A DNA stretch of 64,000 bases from Rubripirellula sp. (GTDB taxonomy: Bacteria > Planctomycetota > Planctomycetia > Pirellulales > Pirellulaceae): contig OZ244207.1 of assembly GCA_965216875.1 (NCBI GenBank), forward strand, positions 3,264,001 to 3,328,000, in the 5' to 3' direction. The position numbers and the translations under genes were made by a program. The notes beneath the pieces were generated by a model. That model worked only from the letters and a program-made list of their open reading frames with translations, was not told where the DNA came from and did no database searches. Each line of letters begins with the position of its first letter. The first letter of the stretch is position 1. Of the stretch, positions 1-9,747 are shown piece after piece.

Positions 1-19
1 ACGAACGACGAGCAGGCAT

Positions 20-1960
20 TTAGATGGCCTGCAATAATCGCACCCACCGCAGCAGTGCCTTTTGATCGACATCGCCACCACGCACGACGGGATAACCGCC
101 CTGGATCAACCCGGCACTAAAGGTTGGCAACTCATCCCCTTCTTTGATCGGCAAAAGCACCTGCAGAGAGGCCGTTGGCTCATTCTCGCGAATGCGGACT
201 GCCGGCGGCCTTGCCTGGGGTGAGACCGCCGAACCAAAGAAGATCTTGCTCTGTGAAACAGCCACCGCCAGTGCCATCGAATCGGCGGCTTCCGCTTTGA
301 CGCCTCCAATCGCACCGGGTGCCGCAACCGCAACGGCCGCTTCATCAATCGCCGCTTTCTTGAGCACCGCGGTCGCAAATCGCCCGATCACTTCCAATTC
401 CTTCGGCTGCCATTTGCTGTTGTCTTCCGGTGCCACCGCGCAAATAACCACTCCCTGTTGTTTCGCGGAATCCGCCCAGCTCTCGAGCAGTTTGACCGGC
501 TCGCCTTGGCCGGGATTCATTAACAACACCATCAAACCAAGGCGACTATCCGTGTCAGCGTTTTCTGGCATCAACGTCGCGGCCTTGTTGGTGATGTCTG
601 GTAGCTTGAGCTCTTTGATGGACCAATTCGATTCCGATTCCTCCCACACCGCCGGGTAGCCAACATTCAACTTGCCAGCGATCCGACGCGGCGTGATCTT
701 TTCCGTCGTCTCGGCTCCGCCGCGAGTAAAGGTGATCGTTTGCTCGGCATCGGGCTTTGACGAAATCATCAAACGTCTCAACGATTGAACATCCACGATC
801 TTGGTCTCGCCAATGCGCCGAATCACATCGCCAGGCTTCAGCACTTCGAATGCAGCCGATTGAGGCACGACCCCTTCGATAGCCACACCGCGATCTTCTT
901 CATTCTCGCCACCCAACTCGGAAGCGATCACACCGATTTGTTGTGGCTCGAGTGGTGGAATCGATTCAGCAAGTTCCAGTTCGACCTCAAGATCCTTTTG
1001 CCCACGTTTCAGTTTCAAACGAAGGGTATCCCCTGCATCGAAGCGGCCCATCACCTGCCGAATCTCTTGATGGCGTCGCACGGGCGAGCCATCGACCTCA
1101 ATCACTCGATCGCCAGCTTTGATGCCCGCAGCCTCGGCGGGCGACCGAGCGCGAACCGCCGCGATCTCGGTCTCTTCAGCCATCGGATCTTTCGATTTTG
1201 AAACGATGCCAATGATGCCTTTCTTAATGTCTTCACCGGCACGCATCCGATCAATCTTGGTCGCAAGCACTTCCGATGGAATTGCAAAGGCAATGCCAGA
1301 GTCGTACCAACTGGTTGCATCGGGCGCGCCCCCTTCGGCCACAGCCGGAATGAACACGCCGAGAAAGTTCCCACGCAAATCGATCATCGGTCCGCCGTAG
1401 AACGATGGAGACACGCGGGCATCGGTTTGCAGCGCAATTCCATCAAGTCGTTCGCGAGCACTTAACACGCCACTTGAAACAAGCGGCGTTGCTTCTGAGC
1501 CATAACGCCCGACCGCGATTGCCGTCTGGCCAATTTGAGTCGTCGTTGGGGATGGAATCGTGATCGGTTGGAGCTTGGGATTTGCGGCGATCTTGAGCAG
1601 GACAAGATCACGGTGATGATCTCGAGCAATCACTTTGGCCGCCTGACGGGTTCCATCGGGCAAAACAACCAAAATACTGACCGACGGACGACGAACAACG
1701 ATACTCGACGCGACAATATGGCCCTGGTTATCGAGGATGACGCCCGAAGTCGGCGCGTCGCGTTCTACCTCGCTTGCCCCCGCGGCCTCGTCCAGCGTCC
1801 CGACGATTTCAACCGAAACGACCGACGGCAAAACTCGATTGGCCGCAGCACGAATCGCGGCCGCCATTTTCGTCCGAAACGTCACATCGTCTGCTTCCAC
1901 CTGCACAACGGCAAGCAGCGCGAACGAAAGTGTCAAAGCAAAAAGGAATCGTGGTTTCAT
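20..1960 (-). CDS. HtrA/DegP-like trypsin-fold + 2xPDZ protein with C-terminal alpha/beta domain; probably catalytically inactive
   Basis: Signal peptide MKPRFLFALTLSFALLA from ATG 1960 (the track ORF extends to 2038). Trypsin-like segments DLVLLKI and LQTDARVSPSFYGGP (GNSGG replaced by SFYGG). PDZ motifs SPAEAAGIKAGD and SAAFEVLKPGD. Confidence 0.8.
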   Translation of the reverse strand: MKPRFLFALTLSFALLAVVQVEADDVTFRTKMAAAIRAAANRVLPSVVSVEIVGTLDEAAGASEVERDAPTSGVILDNQGHIVASSIVVRRPSVSILVVLPDGTRQAAKVIARDHHRDLVLLKIAANPKLQPITIPSPTTTQIGQTAIAVGRYGSEATPLVSSGVLSARERLDGIALQTDARVSPSFYGGPMIDLRGNFLGVFIPAVAEGGAPDATSWYDSGIAFAIPSEVLATKIDRMRAGEDIKKGIIGIVSKSKDPMAEETEIAAVRARSPAEAAGIKAGDRVIEVDGSPVRRHQEIRQVMGRFDAGDTLRLKLKRGQKDLEVELELAESIPPLEPQQIGVIASELGGENEEDRGVAIEGVVPQSAAFEVLKPGDVIRRIGETKIVDVQSLRRLMISSKPDAEQTITFTRGGAETTEKITPRRIAGKLNVGYPAVWEESESNWSIKELKLPDITNKAATLMPENADTDSRLGLMVLLMNPGQGEPVKLLESWADSAKQQGVVICAVAPEDNSKWQPKELEVIGRFATAVLKKAAIDEAAVAVAAPGAIGGVKAEAADSMALAVAVSQSKIFFGSAVSPQARPPAVRIRENEPTASLQVLLPIKEGDELPTFSAGLIQGGYPVVRGGDVDQKALLRWVRLLQAI

Positions 1961-2034
1961 CGGAGCGTTTAAGTAATCGAATGAACGCTGGTAACAAACG
2001 GCGAGCGGCGACTCCCGTTGAAGACGTGCGCCAA

Positions 2035-3048
2035 TCATGGCCGCAAAACGAGAGGCACGATTTCGTTATCTCGCTGAATCGTTAATTCCACTTGGTCACG
2101 ACGATCCACGCGGCGCAACAAATCGCGAAGCCGTCTCTGACTCTCGACCCGCTTGCCGTCGACCAACAGCACCAAATCGTCGGGCCGTAACATCGCCATC
2201 GCTGCTGGACTCTCGGGAACGACGCTGTCGACATACGCCGGGGTCGATTCCAGTACATCAGGAATCATCACCAGGCCAAGACTGCGTGGGTTGTGCGACT
2301 TTTCACGTGGCAACAACATCGTTTCTGCCGAGGCGACCGTGGTCTTGCGTCCCGCAATGATGTCGCCAATCGCCGTTCGAAACTCGGTCGAAGGGATCGC
2401 GTAATTCAACCAAACTCCGGTCGATGCGTCGCGCAACTCTTTGCCTAGCAATCCGACTAAGTCGCCCTCGACGTTGACCAATGCGCCGCCAGCCGCCCCC
2501 GGGTTGTTCGCGATCAAATCCAGAATCAGCACTTTGCCCTGATAAGGCGTTTTGAAACGACCGCGTCGGGCATCCAAACTCGAGACCGCCGCAACACTTC
2601 CCTGCATGACGCTCGCAGGTTCGTTGCCAGCTGCAATCCCGAACAGGTTACTGACCGCGAGCACCGGGTCGCCCCATGTCAACGACAGCTCTTTGTCGAT
2701 CGCAAAGTATGGCAATTGGGACGCATCTTCGAGCTTCAGCACAGCAAGTTCGAGTGCGGGTTCAAATCCGACGATCGTCGACTCGAAGCGGCGCCCATCA
2801 TCAAGCACAACAATCGGCTCGACGTCAAGAACGTAGCTCCAGGCAGTCGCAACATGACCTTCGGGCGAAACCAAGACTCCGCTTTGGTAGGCCTCCAAGC
2901 CACGTTGCCCACCGGCACCATATACCTTGACGACGCGTTTCTGAGCATGCCGCGAAGCACTTTCAAGACTCGGCTGCGCAAGAGCATCGCCTGCGTGGAC
3001 GAATGACAAGCTGAAGGCAACACCCAACAGCAGCACCAATCGGCTCAT
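2035..3048 (-). CDS. HtrA-like trypsin-fold + PDZ protein; probably catalytically inactive
   Basis: Signal peptide; SGVLVSPEGHVATAWSYV, ELAVLKL, ANNPGAAGGAL (catalytic Ser replaced by Ala); PDZ motif SPAAMAMLRPDD. 4-nt overlap with the upstream gene. Confidence 0.85.
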   Translation of the reverse strand: MSRLVLLLGVAFSLSFVHAGDALAQPSLESASRHAQKRVVKVYGAGGQRGLEAYQSGVLVSPEGHVATAWSYVLDVEPIVVLDDGRRFESTIVGFEPALELAVLKLEDASQLPYFAIDKELSLTWGDPVLAVSNLFGIAAGNEPASVMQGSVAAVSSLDARRGRFKTPYQGKVLILDLIANNPGAAGGALVNVEGDLVGLLGKELRDASTGVWLNYAIPSTEFRTAIGDIIAGRKTTVASAETMLLPREKSHNPRSLGLVMIPDVLESTPAYVDSVVPESPAAMAMLRPDDLVLLVDGKRVESQRRLRDLLRRVDRRDQVELTIQRDNEIVPLVLRP

Positions 3049-4865
3049 TGCGTCACCTCCTCGGCTTGCGCCTTTGGATCGTCAGCAACGGTCCACGATT
3101 TTATTTTCACGCGTGCGACCGATTCGATGCCATACCGCAAATCAAGATAGGTCGGCGGGTCTGTTTTGGAGTCCCCTTCGGCGACCACCCAAAGTTCCGC
3201 AGGATCTTCATCGCGGTCAGCAAACACTTCGATCGCCTCGACGCTTCGTGTGGCAGGATGGCTTAGCCAACGGACTTCCATCTCGCCGTCGATTCCGACC
3301 ATGCAATCGCGAAGCGGTCGCTGGCCGCCCAGTGGCATCGATCCGAGATAGAAACTCTCACCAAATTTCTTGGGGCCACTTGAGATCATTCGGCGCCACG
3401 CATCGAGTGCCGGTAACATGCCAGCGACCGAGCGGGTCAAAACCAAGTCATACATCTCCGACTTGTCATTGGCTTCAAACACCGTGTCTCCAAAGGCAAT
3501 CGACCGCACATTTGGGCCAACGCGTATCGAAACATCAATCGGGTTATCGCCTTCGGTGGCTCCTTCGATCACCCATGTCTTTTTGTCGCTTTCCTGGCCG
3601 CCGGGGAATTGCTCACGAAGTGAATCGATAAACGACGCTTGCTGCTCGAGATTGAAGTGGTAGTTGGCGTACCCTTTGCGCTGCTCCAACAGGTCGGACA
3701 CGGCCTTCGGAATCTTGGGCTCAGGCTTGGCAAGATTCAGTGGCAACTTCGGATGTCCTTCGTGGTCACCTTCATCATCCTTTTCGCCCTTCTCTTTGGG
3801 CGGGGCGCTCTTTCGTCTTGGAGGAGGCGGAGGCAATGCACCCGCCATTTTCTCGAGCAGTTCGTCGGGGCCGTGGACACTCATAAGCCGCACGAGCGTG
3901 TCGATGGTTTCGCCATCATGTCGAAACGACATTTTGACTCGCCAACCGCTCGGCAACGTTGCCAACACGTTTTGCAGGTCGTTGGCGGTCTGGATCACGC
4001 GACCATCGACTTCAAGAATCTCGTCCGAATAACGCAAACCTCGACGAAACGCGTCACTCGATTCCAGAATATTGGTAACGCGAGCACCGCCGTCGGGATC
4101 GGTCGCTACGGTTGCTCCCAACGTGGCGTGGTCGACAATACGACCACTCTTCAAATAGCCCAAAAAGTTATTCGCCTGGTTGATCGAGATGGCATAGCCA
4201 ACCCCGACGTTGATCCGGCCACGTTTTTCGAAGGACGCACGTCCAACGATTCCTAGCAATCGGCCTTCGGCATCGTAGATTGGGCCACCCGAGTTTCCCG
4301 GATTGATCGACGCTTGCGTCTGCAAACAATCGGCGTACTCAAGCAATGTCCCCGACGGGTATTGGTATCGTCCAACGCCACTCAAGATGCCCCAAGTCAC
4401 GGTGGGCTGAAGATTCGACGCCAACAGGAACGGATTGCCGATCACCATCGACCAATCGCCAACACGAGCTTTACGGCTGTCCGCCAACTCGGCAACGGGA
4501 AAGTCATCGCGTCCGAGCAGTCGGATCATCGCGAGGTCACCAACAGGATCGATTCCCACGATCACCGCGTCATAGATTTTCCCGTCACTGAGCCCACAAC
4601 GCATGTAGGAGCCAGCGGGACTGGTGACGTGAAAATTGGTCAGAGCGTACCCGTCAGGCGAAATCAAAACGCCACTCCCCCCGCCGGCACCTCCGGGGAC
4701 GAACACGCATACCGTTGATGGCATCGCGCGAGCAACCGCGTCGATTCGGTCCTGCTCGGCCTGCATGATCAACGGGTCGATCTCGATCGGCTCGTCGGCA
4801 GCAACCAACGAAGGAGCTGCAGTGACCAACAGCAACGCGACCAAACAGATGGCTCGATTGTTCAT
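3045..4865 (-). CDS. HtrA/DegP-like serine protease (S1C) with PDZ domain and C-terminal extension
   Basis: Signal peptide; intact triad motifs ALTNFHV, GDLAMIRL, SINPGNSGGP; PDZ region SDAFRRGLRYSDEILEVDG. Confidence 0.9.
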   Translation of the reverse strand: MNNRAICLVALLLVTAAPSLVAADEPIEIDPLIMQAEQDRIDAVARAMPSTVCVFVPGGAGGGSGVLISPDGYALTNFHVTSPAGSYMRCGLSDGKIYDAVIVGIDPVGDLAMIRLLGRDDFPVAELADSRKARVGDWSMVIGNPFLLASNLQPTVTWGILSGVGRYQYPSGTLLEYADCLQTQASINPGNSGGPIYDAEGRLLGIVGRASFEKRGRINVGVGYAISINQANNFLGYLKSGRIVDHATLGATVATDPDGGARVTNILESSDAFRRGLRYSDEILEVDGRVIQTANDLQNVLATLPSGWRVKMSFRHDGETIDTLVRLMSVHGPDELLEKMAGALPPPPPRRKSAPPKEKGEKDDEGDHEGHPKLPLNLAKPEPKIPKAVSDLLEQRKGYANYHFNLEQQASFIDSLREQFPGGQESDKKTWVIEGATEGDNPIDVSIRVGPNVRSIAFGDTVFEANDKSEMYDLVLTRSVAGMLPALDAWRRMISSGPKKFGESFYLGSMPLGGQRPLRDCMVGIDGEMEVRWLSHPATRSVEAIEVFADRDEDPAELWVVAEGDSKTDPPTYLDLRYGIESVARVKIKSWTVADDPKAQAEEVTQ

Positions 4866-6037
4866 TTTACAAACCGCGCTCGCGTGATTCGAATGGTATC
4901 ACCAAGGTCCCCGTCGGGCCCGCTATCGACTTCGATGCGAACGCGACGCGCCTCGGTGACCTGTAGCTGAAAACCGAGTGGCTCTGCTCGGCCAACCTCC
5001 TGCTCCCACTCTACATTGCCGTCGATGCTGATTCGAACCTTCGCATTTCCAGCATCCTTCACCTGCGAACCACGTGTGACGCTTCCAACCAAAGAATTGA
5101 AGCCCTTCTCGACTCGGTACTCAACGAACGAGTCACCTTGCAAAACGAGATCGGATTCACCCTCCGCGGCCGGTCCAAACCACTGCGAGACAAGTTTGGG
5201 ATCGACCTTCGTTTTGAAAAAGGTCTCGTGCGAAGCTTCTGCCGGCTCGATTGCAGCAAGCGACTGAATACCGCTGGACCATTGAATACTGAGCACGTGC
5301 GAGACCGGCAGCTCATGCACCGTTGGCCCACTCAGCTGGATCCGCAGCGGATCAACATCGTCCCCCGGCAAAACCTTCGACACAAGCCAAGTCGAGCCGT
5401 AGATGTCTTTGATCTTTAGCAATGGCTCCGATGCACTCGTGGATCCCGAAGCGAAGACGATACCTTCGAGACGGTCCATCGGAGCGTCAATGATGTCGCT
5501 GTCGAGATTGAATTTGACCACTCCGTCGGCAATCCCCTCAACAATACCGCGGTACGGATCAATCTTCGCGCCCGTGTTGCGAATCGCCAGCACGTCGCCG
5601 CGTCCTTCTTGCTCCAACAGCCCGAACCACTTCGCGTCTGTTTCAGGCGATGACGGCCGGAAACGAATCGACTTGACCTGCTTGACGTTGACACGGATTT
5701 CACGCTGTCGCCGCGGTTCGACGACAAGCGTTTCGCCATCGAGTGAAAGATCCTGGGCAGTGATCGTCGTACCACCATGAAGCGTCACCAACGAGGTGGG
5801 CGGTGTCTTTTCGGGCGCGTCAATGTGCTCAAGAGAAATTGCATCATCAAAATGCAACTCAGTCCGTCCCTCGGACGGTCGCGACAAGAGAACGGTCGAA
5901 TTGGTTAGCCCACGCAACTCGGCCGTGTAAGCTTCGCCTGAGCTTGTCGTCACACGTACCGGAATCGTCGCCAGCACCAAAGTGACGGCCAACTTGGAAA
6001 TAAGGGAAAAGCCCAACACCATTGAGCAAGCCGTCAT
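4862..6037 (-). CDS. Secreted protein with C-terminal NPCBM/NEW2-like domain
   Basis: Start set at ATG 6037 (AAGG upstream); hydrophobic N-terminus. The C-terminal pattern (GSV...ISIDGNVEWEQ...VTEARRVRIEVDSG.DGDLGD...ARFVK) resembles NPCBM. Overlaps the next gene by 4 nt. Confidence 0.65.
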   Translation of the reverse strand: MTACSMVLGFSLISKLAVTLVLATIPVRVTTSSGEAYTAELRGLTNSTVLLSRPSEGRTELHFDDAISLEHIDAPEKTPPTSLVTLHGGTTITAQDLSLDGETLVVEPRRQREIRVNVKQVKSIRFRPSSPETDAKWFGLLEQEGRGDVLAIRNTGAKIDPYRGIVEGIADGVVKFNLDSDIIDAPMDRLEGIVFASGSTSASEPLLKIKDIYGSTWLVSKVLPGDDVDPLRIQLSGPTVHELPVSHVLSIQWSSGIQSLAAIEPAEASHETFFKTKVDPKLVSQWFGPAAEGESDLVLQGDSFVEYRVEKGFNSLVGSVTRGSQVKDAGNAKVRISIDGNVEWEQEVGRAEPLGFQLQVTEARRVRIEVDSGPDGDLGDTIRITRARFVK

Positions 6038-6304
6038 AGCAACCTTGCGTGTACCGAAATAAATGGGGAGCAGTCGCAAATCCTCTTGGCGACCTCGTTT
6101 CCTCGGTGAGGAATTCTCCTTCACAGTTTAGCGCAAATTGCCCCAAAAGTCTGCCAGCAACCGCCACTTTCCGAGGCCTGGCGTGCCTCGCTTTTGGTAA
6201 ATCTGGCCGCAGCCGGTCTAAGAAGGTGGACCGCCGTACGTTATTCGTATGAAATCTGAACACCTCAAAACGCACATCCCCCCTGAAATACGGAAGCCTA
6301 GCTC

Positions 6305-6796
6305 ATGCGATTTCAAGTCATGCTGGTCGCCCTCTGCCTGTTGTTCGCCTTCCCCAGCAGCCTGACCGCAGAATCAAAAACACTGCTCACGCGAATCGGA
6401 GAATACCAATACCCCAAAGCGAAATTGAGCGGAGGCGCGACGATGGCGGATGGCGCGACGATCAATTCGCAAGGTGATCGAACCGTTCCCTCACTCTATT
6501 GCTCGACCGTCATGACCACCCCCGATGACGTTGAACAAGTGCTGGCGTTCTACAAATCACTGCTGCAGCCAGAGCCAAAGGAAAAGAAAAAGGCAAGCGA
6601 CTCGGATGAAAGAGACGATGCCGCCGGTCGCTCAGTCATGTTCCACGAAAACTCCAAAGATCGTCCCGTCACGCTACACGTGATCAACGTCAACGAAGAA
6701 AACGTCTCGACCACGATCATTATCAGCCGCGTGACCGGCGAAAAGCTAACACAGATCGCCTGGTCGCAGTACGAGCGGATGCCCATCAACCGTTAG
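6305..6796 (+). CDS. Hypothetical secreted protein
   Basis: 163-aa ORF with a clear signal peptide (MRFQVMLVALCLLFAFPSSLTA); fills the gap between neighbours. Confidence 0.75.
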   Translation: MRFQVMLVALCLLFAFPSSLTAESKTLLTRIGEYQYPKAKLSGGATMADGATINSQGDRTVPSLYCSTVMTTPDDVEQVLAFYKSLLQPEPKEKKKASDSDERDDAAGRSVMFHENSKDRPVTLHVINVNEENVSTTIIISRVTGEKLTQIAWSQYERMPINR

Positions 6797-6819
6797 GATG
6801 AATCGGTCGCTGGCCGATA

Positions 6820-6882
6820 GTCGCCATTTGCTCCGCAAAAGTTGCGTTTGCGAACGCTACTTTCGCGGAGCGAAAGGCGACA
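6820..6882. repeat. REP-like repeat family A (TGTCGCCTTTCGCTCCGCGAAAG), imperfect inverted pair
   Basis: gtcgccatttgctccgcaaaagttgcg...cgctactttcgcggagcgaaaggcgaca. The same core recurs at 34935, 37528 and 57694. Confidence 0.85.
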
Positions 6883-6930
6883 TTCAAAATACCGGCGGCC
6901 AGCGGCTCACGGACACTCGCGTCTCGCCGC

Positions 6931-7611
6931 TCACATTTCCTTCGCCCTTACATCGGCATACACAAAACCATTCCGCTCGACGACCTCGCCGACGTCCACA
7001 CTCAGAGGCGAAGCCATGTGAGGGCCTTCATAACAGAACGTGTGGAACTCGCCGTTCTCGGCGCAGCGGTCGACTGAAGGTGGCAAATCGTCAATCAAGT
7101 CTTGATCAAAGGTCCGCCCAAGGAACGATCTAGGAATCTGCTTGGGGTCGACACAGGTGACGACAGCTCGAACGCCTGCGTCGACCATCTCCTGTGCCAG
7201 CGCGCTGGTCCGATGCCTACCACACCAAATCGGAAACATAGGCTCAATCCCCGTCCCCTCGAGCTGGCGAATCCGATAGTCGCGAATGTCCTCCAGATAC
7301 AAATCACCAAAGGCCATCTGCACAACGCCGATCGACTTGGCGGTATCGATAAAGGCGCGCATGCGTGACTCGTACTCTTCGTTGCTGCATGGCCACGGCA
7401 GTAGGATTGGAAAGAGTGGCAGCCCAATCGCTTTGGCCTGCGCCTCGACCAGCTCACGGCGCACGGCGTGCATCGCCACACGATCAGCCTGCTCATTGAA
7501 CGATGTGACCAGGCCGACAATCTCGACTTCATCATCGCTCTGCAATTGGTGAAGCATCCAAGAACTGTCTTTCCCGCTGCTCCAAGAAATCAGCGTCCGC
7601 TTACGAGCCAT
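6931..7611 (-). CDS. PP-loop ATP pyrophosphatase, diphthine-ammonia ligase (Dph6/MJ0570)-like family
   Basis: SWSSGKDS PP-loop, MHAVRRELVEAQA, AFGDLYLEDIRDYR, CAENGEFHTF. Confidence 0.9.
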   Translation of the reverse strand: MARKRTLISWSSGKDSSWMLHQLQSDDEVEIVGLVTSFNEQADRVAMHAVRRELVEAQAKAIGLPLFPILLPWPCSNEEYESRMRAFIDTAKSIGVVQMAFGDLYLEDIRDYRIRQLEGTGIEPMFPIWCGRHRTSALAQEMVDAGVRAVVTCVDPKQIPRSFLGRTFDQDLIDDLPPSVDRCAENGEFHTFCYEGPHMASPLSVDVGEVVERNGFVYADVRAKEM

Positions 7612-7628
7612 GTCATTGCACCGCCAAA

Positions 7629-8156
7629 TCAGACATTCGCCGAGAGCGTCTGGTCACGCATCGCGGGGAAACGCCACTGTGCCAATGCGAAAGCGCCAAA
7701 GAAAACACCACAGTAAATCAGATCACTTGCGACGGTGTTGCGAAAGAACGGAATCGCCAACTGGTAACAGCGAACGAAATCAGGCAGCGTCGGCGAATAA
7801 AACACAAGCCAACACGCAAAGTTAGTGACCACGAAAAAGCAAAGGCTGCCCAGCAACGACGTCGAAACGATTCGCATTGCCGATGCATCGGAACCAACGA
7901 AGCGATGTCCTAGATAGACGCTGATGACGAAACAGAGATAGGTCGCTGGCATCAGCATGTGAAATCCGAGCAAACAATCGCTCAAGAACATAATGACCAG
8001 CGGTACGCCAAACGCGAGGCGTTTGGAGGGGAACATCGCTCCTGCAAAGATCGCGATCGCGCCGACGGGGGTGAAATTCATCGGGTGCGGGATCAACCTC
8101 AAAAGCACCGCGCCGACAACCATCGCAATCAGCAACAACATTCGGCTCTTATTCAT
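7629..8156 (-). CDS. DUF6580-like integral membrane protein (putative vitamin-binding transporter component)
   Basis: RLIPHPMNFTPVGAIAIFAG, SLCFFVVTNFACW, CYQLAIPFFRNT; 5-6 hydrophobic helices. Confidence 0.8.
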   Translation of the reverse strand: MNKSRMLLLIAMVVGAVLLRLIPHPMNFTPVGAIAIFAGAMFPSKRLAFGVPLVIMFLSDCLLGFHMLMPATYLCFVISVYLGHRFVGSDASAMRIVSTSLLGSLCFFVVTNFACWLVFYSPTLPDFVRCYQLAIPFFRNTVASDLIYCGVFFGAFALAQWRFPAMRDQTLSANV

Positions 8157-8407
8157 TCGTTTCTCTCTGAATCGTCAGGCGTTTGCATGCTCGATTTACG
8201 TCGCCCTTCAAGCTGGTGATTGACGTTGATGCGATCAGCGTCGCTGTAGGTCGACCAAGCGGCGATCTCCCCAACCGTTCTCAAACACCCCACGCAGACG
8301 CCATCGACTGCACGACAAACACCCGTACATGGCGATTGAGCGTTCGCCTGGGGCGAAACGGCCGAGCGTTGCGTTGTGCAATTCGTGGAGGGGTCGCTCA
8401 TCGACAT
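8153..8407 (-). CDS. DUF1289-family small Cys-rich protein
   Basis: SPCTGVCRAVDGVCVGCLRTVGEIAAW motif; start at ATG 8407 or 8401; 4-nt overlap with the downstream gene. Confidence 0.75.
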   Translation of the reverse strand: MSMSDPSTNCTTQRSAVSPQANAQSPCTGVCRAVDGVCVGCLRTVGEIAAWSTYSDADRINVNHQLEGRRKSSMQTPDDSERNE

Positions 8408-8536
8408 TCGTTGGGTAGTCGCGCCAAAACAACAGCTTGGCTTGGGTGGGTCAAAACCATGGATAACAAAGAAGCATCGTTTTCCCGTCCGTTCTCGGCA
8501 GACAGTCCGCAATCACGCGGACCATGGAAAAAGAGC

Positions 8537-8715
8537 ATTGGTAGGTCTTCTGACTCCTGCGTTTCGAGCCCGCCTTCTCATTCGCTTCGGTCGAAGCGAA
8601 CAATGGCAAATAGATGGACTCGAAAGGTTGCGCAGTTACAGCGGCCGGACCGTCCCGGAATTTCACCGGATTCCCTGTTCGCCCACCCGATCGAATTCGG
8701 GAGGGCCACCAACGC
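8537..8715 (-). promoter_or_regulatory. Cobalamin riboswitch
   Basis: Minus strand reads GGT...AACAGGGAATCCGGTGAAATTCCGGGACGGTCCGGCCGCTGTAA...GCCATTG...GAGAAGGC...GAGTCAGAAGACCTACC, i.e. the conserved core plus the B12 box. Confidence 0.92.
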
Positions 8716-8810
8716 TTGCTCGCGAGAAAGGCTAACAGGAATCCGCCGAGGTGGCTACTACCAATTTGCCGCCAACGGTTCGACGGCACACCTAACCGGG
8801 AAAATCGAGA

Positions 8811-9629
8811 TCACTGCGAATCAGACGTCGATTGAGGAGCACCGGCAAGCTCTTCAGGCAACTCGCTGTCCAGCCGCTCCATGTAGGGATCGGTCGGACG
8901 CTGCGGGTTCTGCCAATAGTTTTTGACATCCCAAACGGGTTGGTTGTCGAGCTTTGCCGACAACACCTGCGATGACATTCGCGCGAGTGTGAATCTCCAT
9001 TCGGACGACTCGTCTTTGGTTTCCACCGCCTCAAGTAGCAACATCACTTCCGGGTCATTGGCGGTCACGAACGTAAACATTGCCCCATCAATCACTCCTC
9101 GCTCTGGCGAACGATACCGCATCAATGGAGTTGGCAACAAACGCTTCGAAGTCACGTCAAAGCGTTCGGCCATCCGCTTCATTTGAACAAGCCGCAACCG
9201 CGGATTGGGCGAGGGCATGGGAGCACCACTGAGCGTTTGCCTTGGAAAGTGATTGTCTTTCGGCATCCAAAATGGATTCCCCTCCATCCGGCAAGACATT
9301 TGCGTCTCGGCCAACGAGACGAACTCCCGAAACACTTCCTTTTCGCGGCGGATCGAATACGAAGCCAGCGCGACCGGAATCTCATCGTGTGTCCAAACCA
9401 CCAACGCCCCTTTGGAATGAGCCTCGTAGTTGGGATTGCTATATCGAAGTAGCGGCGATTCGCGCAGCTCGACTTTGGTTTCGTCCCCAACCACTTCGAA
9501 CTCAAGTGCTCGCGCCCGGTCAAGCAAAAATGCCAACCGCTTGTCCTTCATCTCAGATTCGTCGCCACGCGCGATCCCTATCGACGCCAATGAACAAACA
9601 AGCACACAAGCAGCTACACGAAACATCAC
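8811..9629 (-). CDS. Hypothetical secreted protein; paralogue of 35137-35946
   Basis: Signal peptide; motifs PLLRYSNP, RLVQMKRMAERF, RLLPTPLMRY and AMFTFVTANDPE are shared with the 35137 ORF. Confidence 0.8.
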   Translation of the reverse strand: MMFRVAACVLVCSLASIGIARGDESEMKDKRLAFLLDRARALEFEVVGDETKVELRESPLLRYSNPNYEAHSKGALVVWTHDEIPVALASYSIRREKEVFREFVSLAETQMSCRMEGNPFWMPKDNHFPRQTLSGAPMPSPNPRLRLVQMKRMAERFDVTSKRLLPTPLMRYRSPERGVIDGAMFTFVTANDPEVMLLLEAVETKDESSEWRFTLARMSSQVLSAKLDNQPVWDVKNYWQNPQRPTDPYMERLDSELPEELAGAPQSTSDSQ

Positions 9630-9747
9630 TCAAGCCCTTCCTTCTCGCGAACCAAGCCGATCAGCCTAGCCCCGATTCTAAGACGCTACGTCTAAATGTC
9701 AACAAAGCGTTCAAATGCCGGTAAGGAACAGGCTGGCGGCGTTGGCA

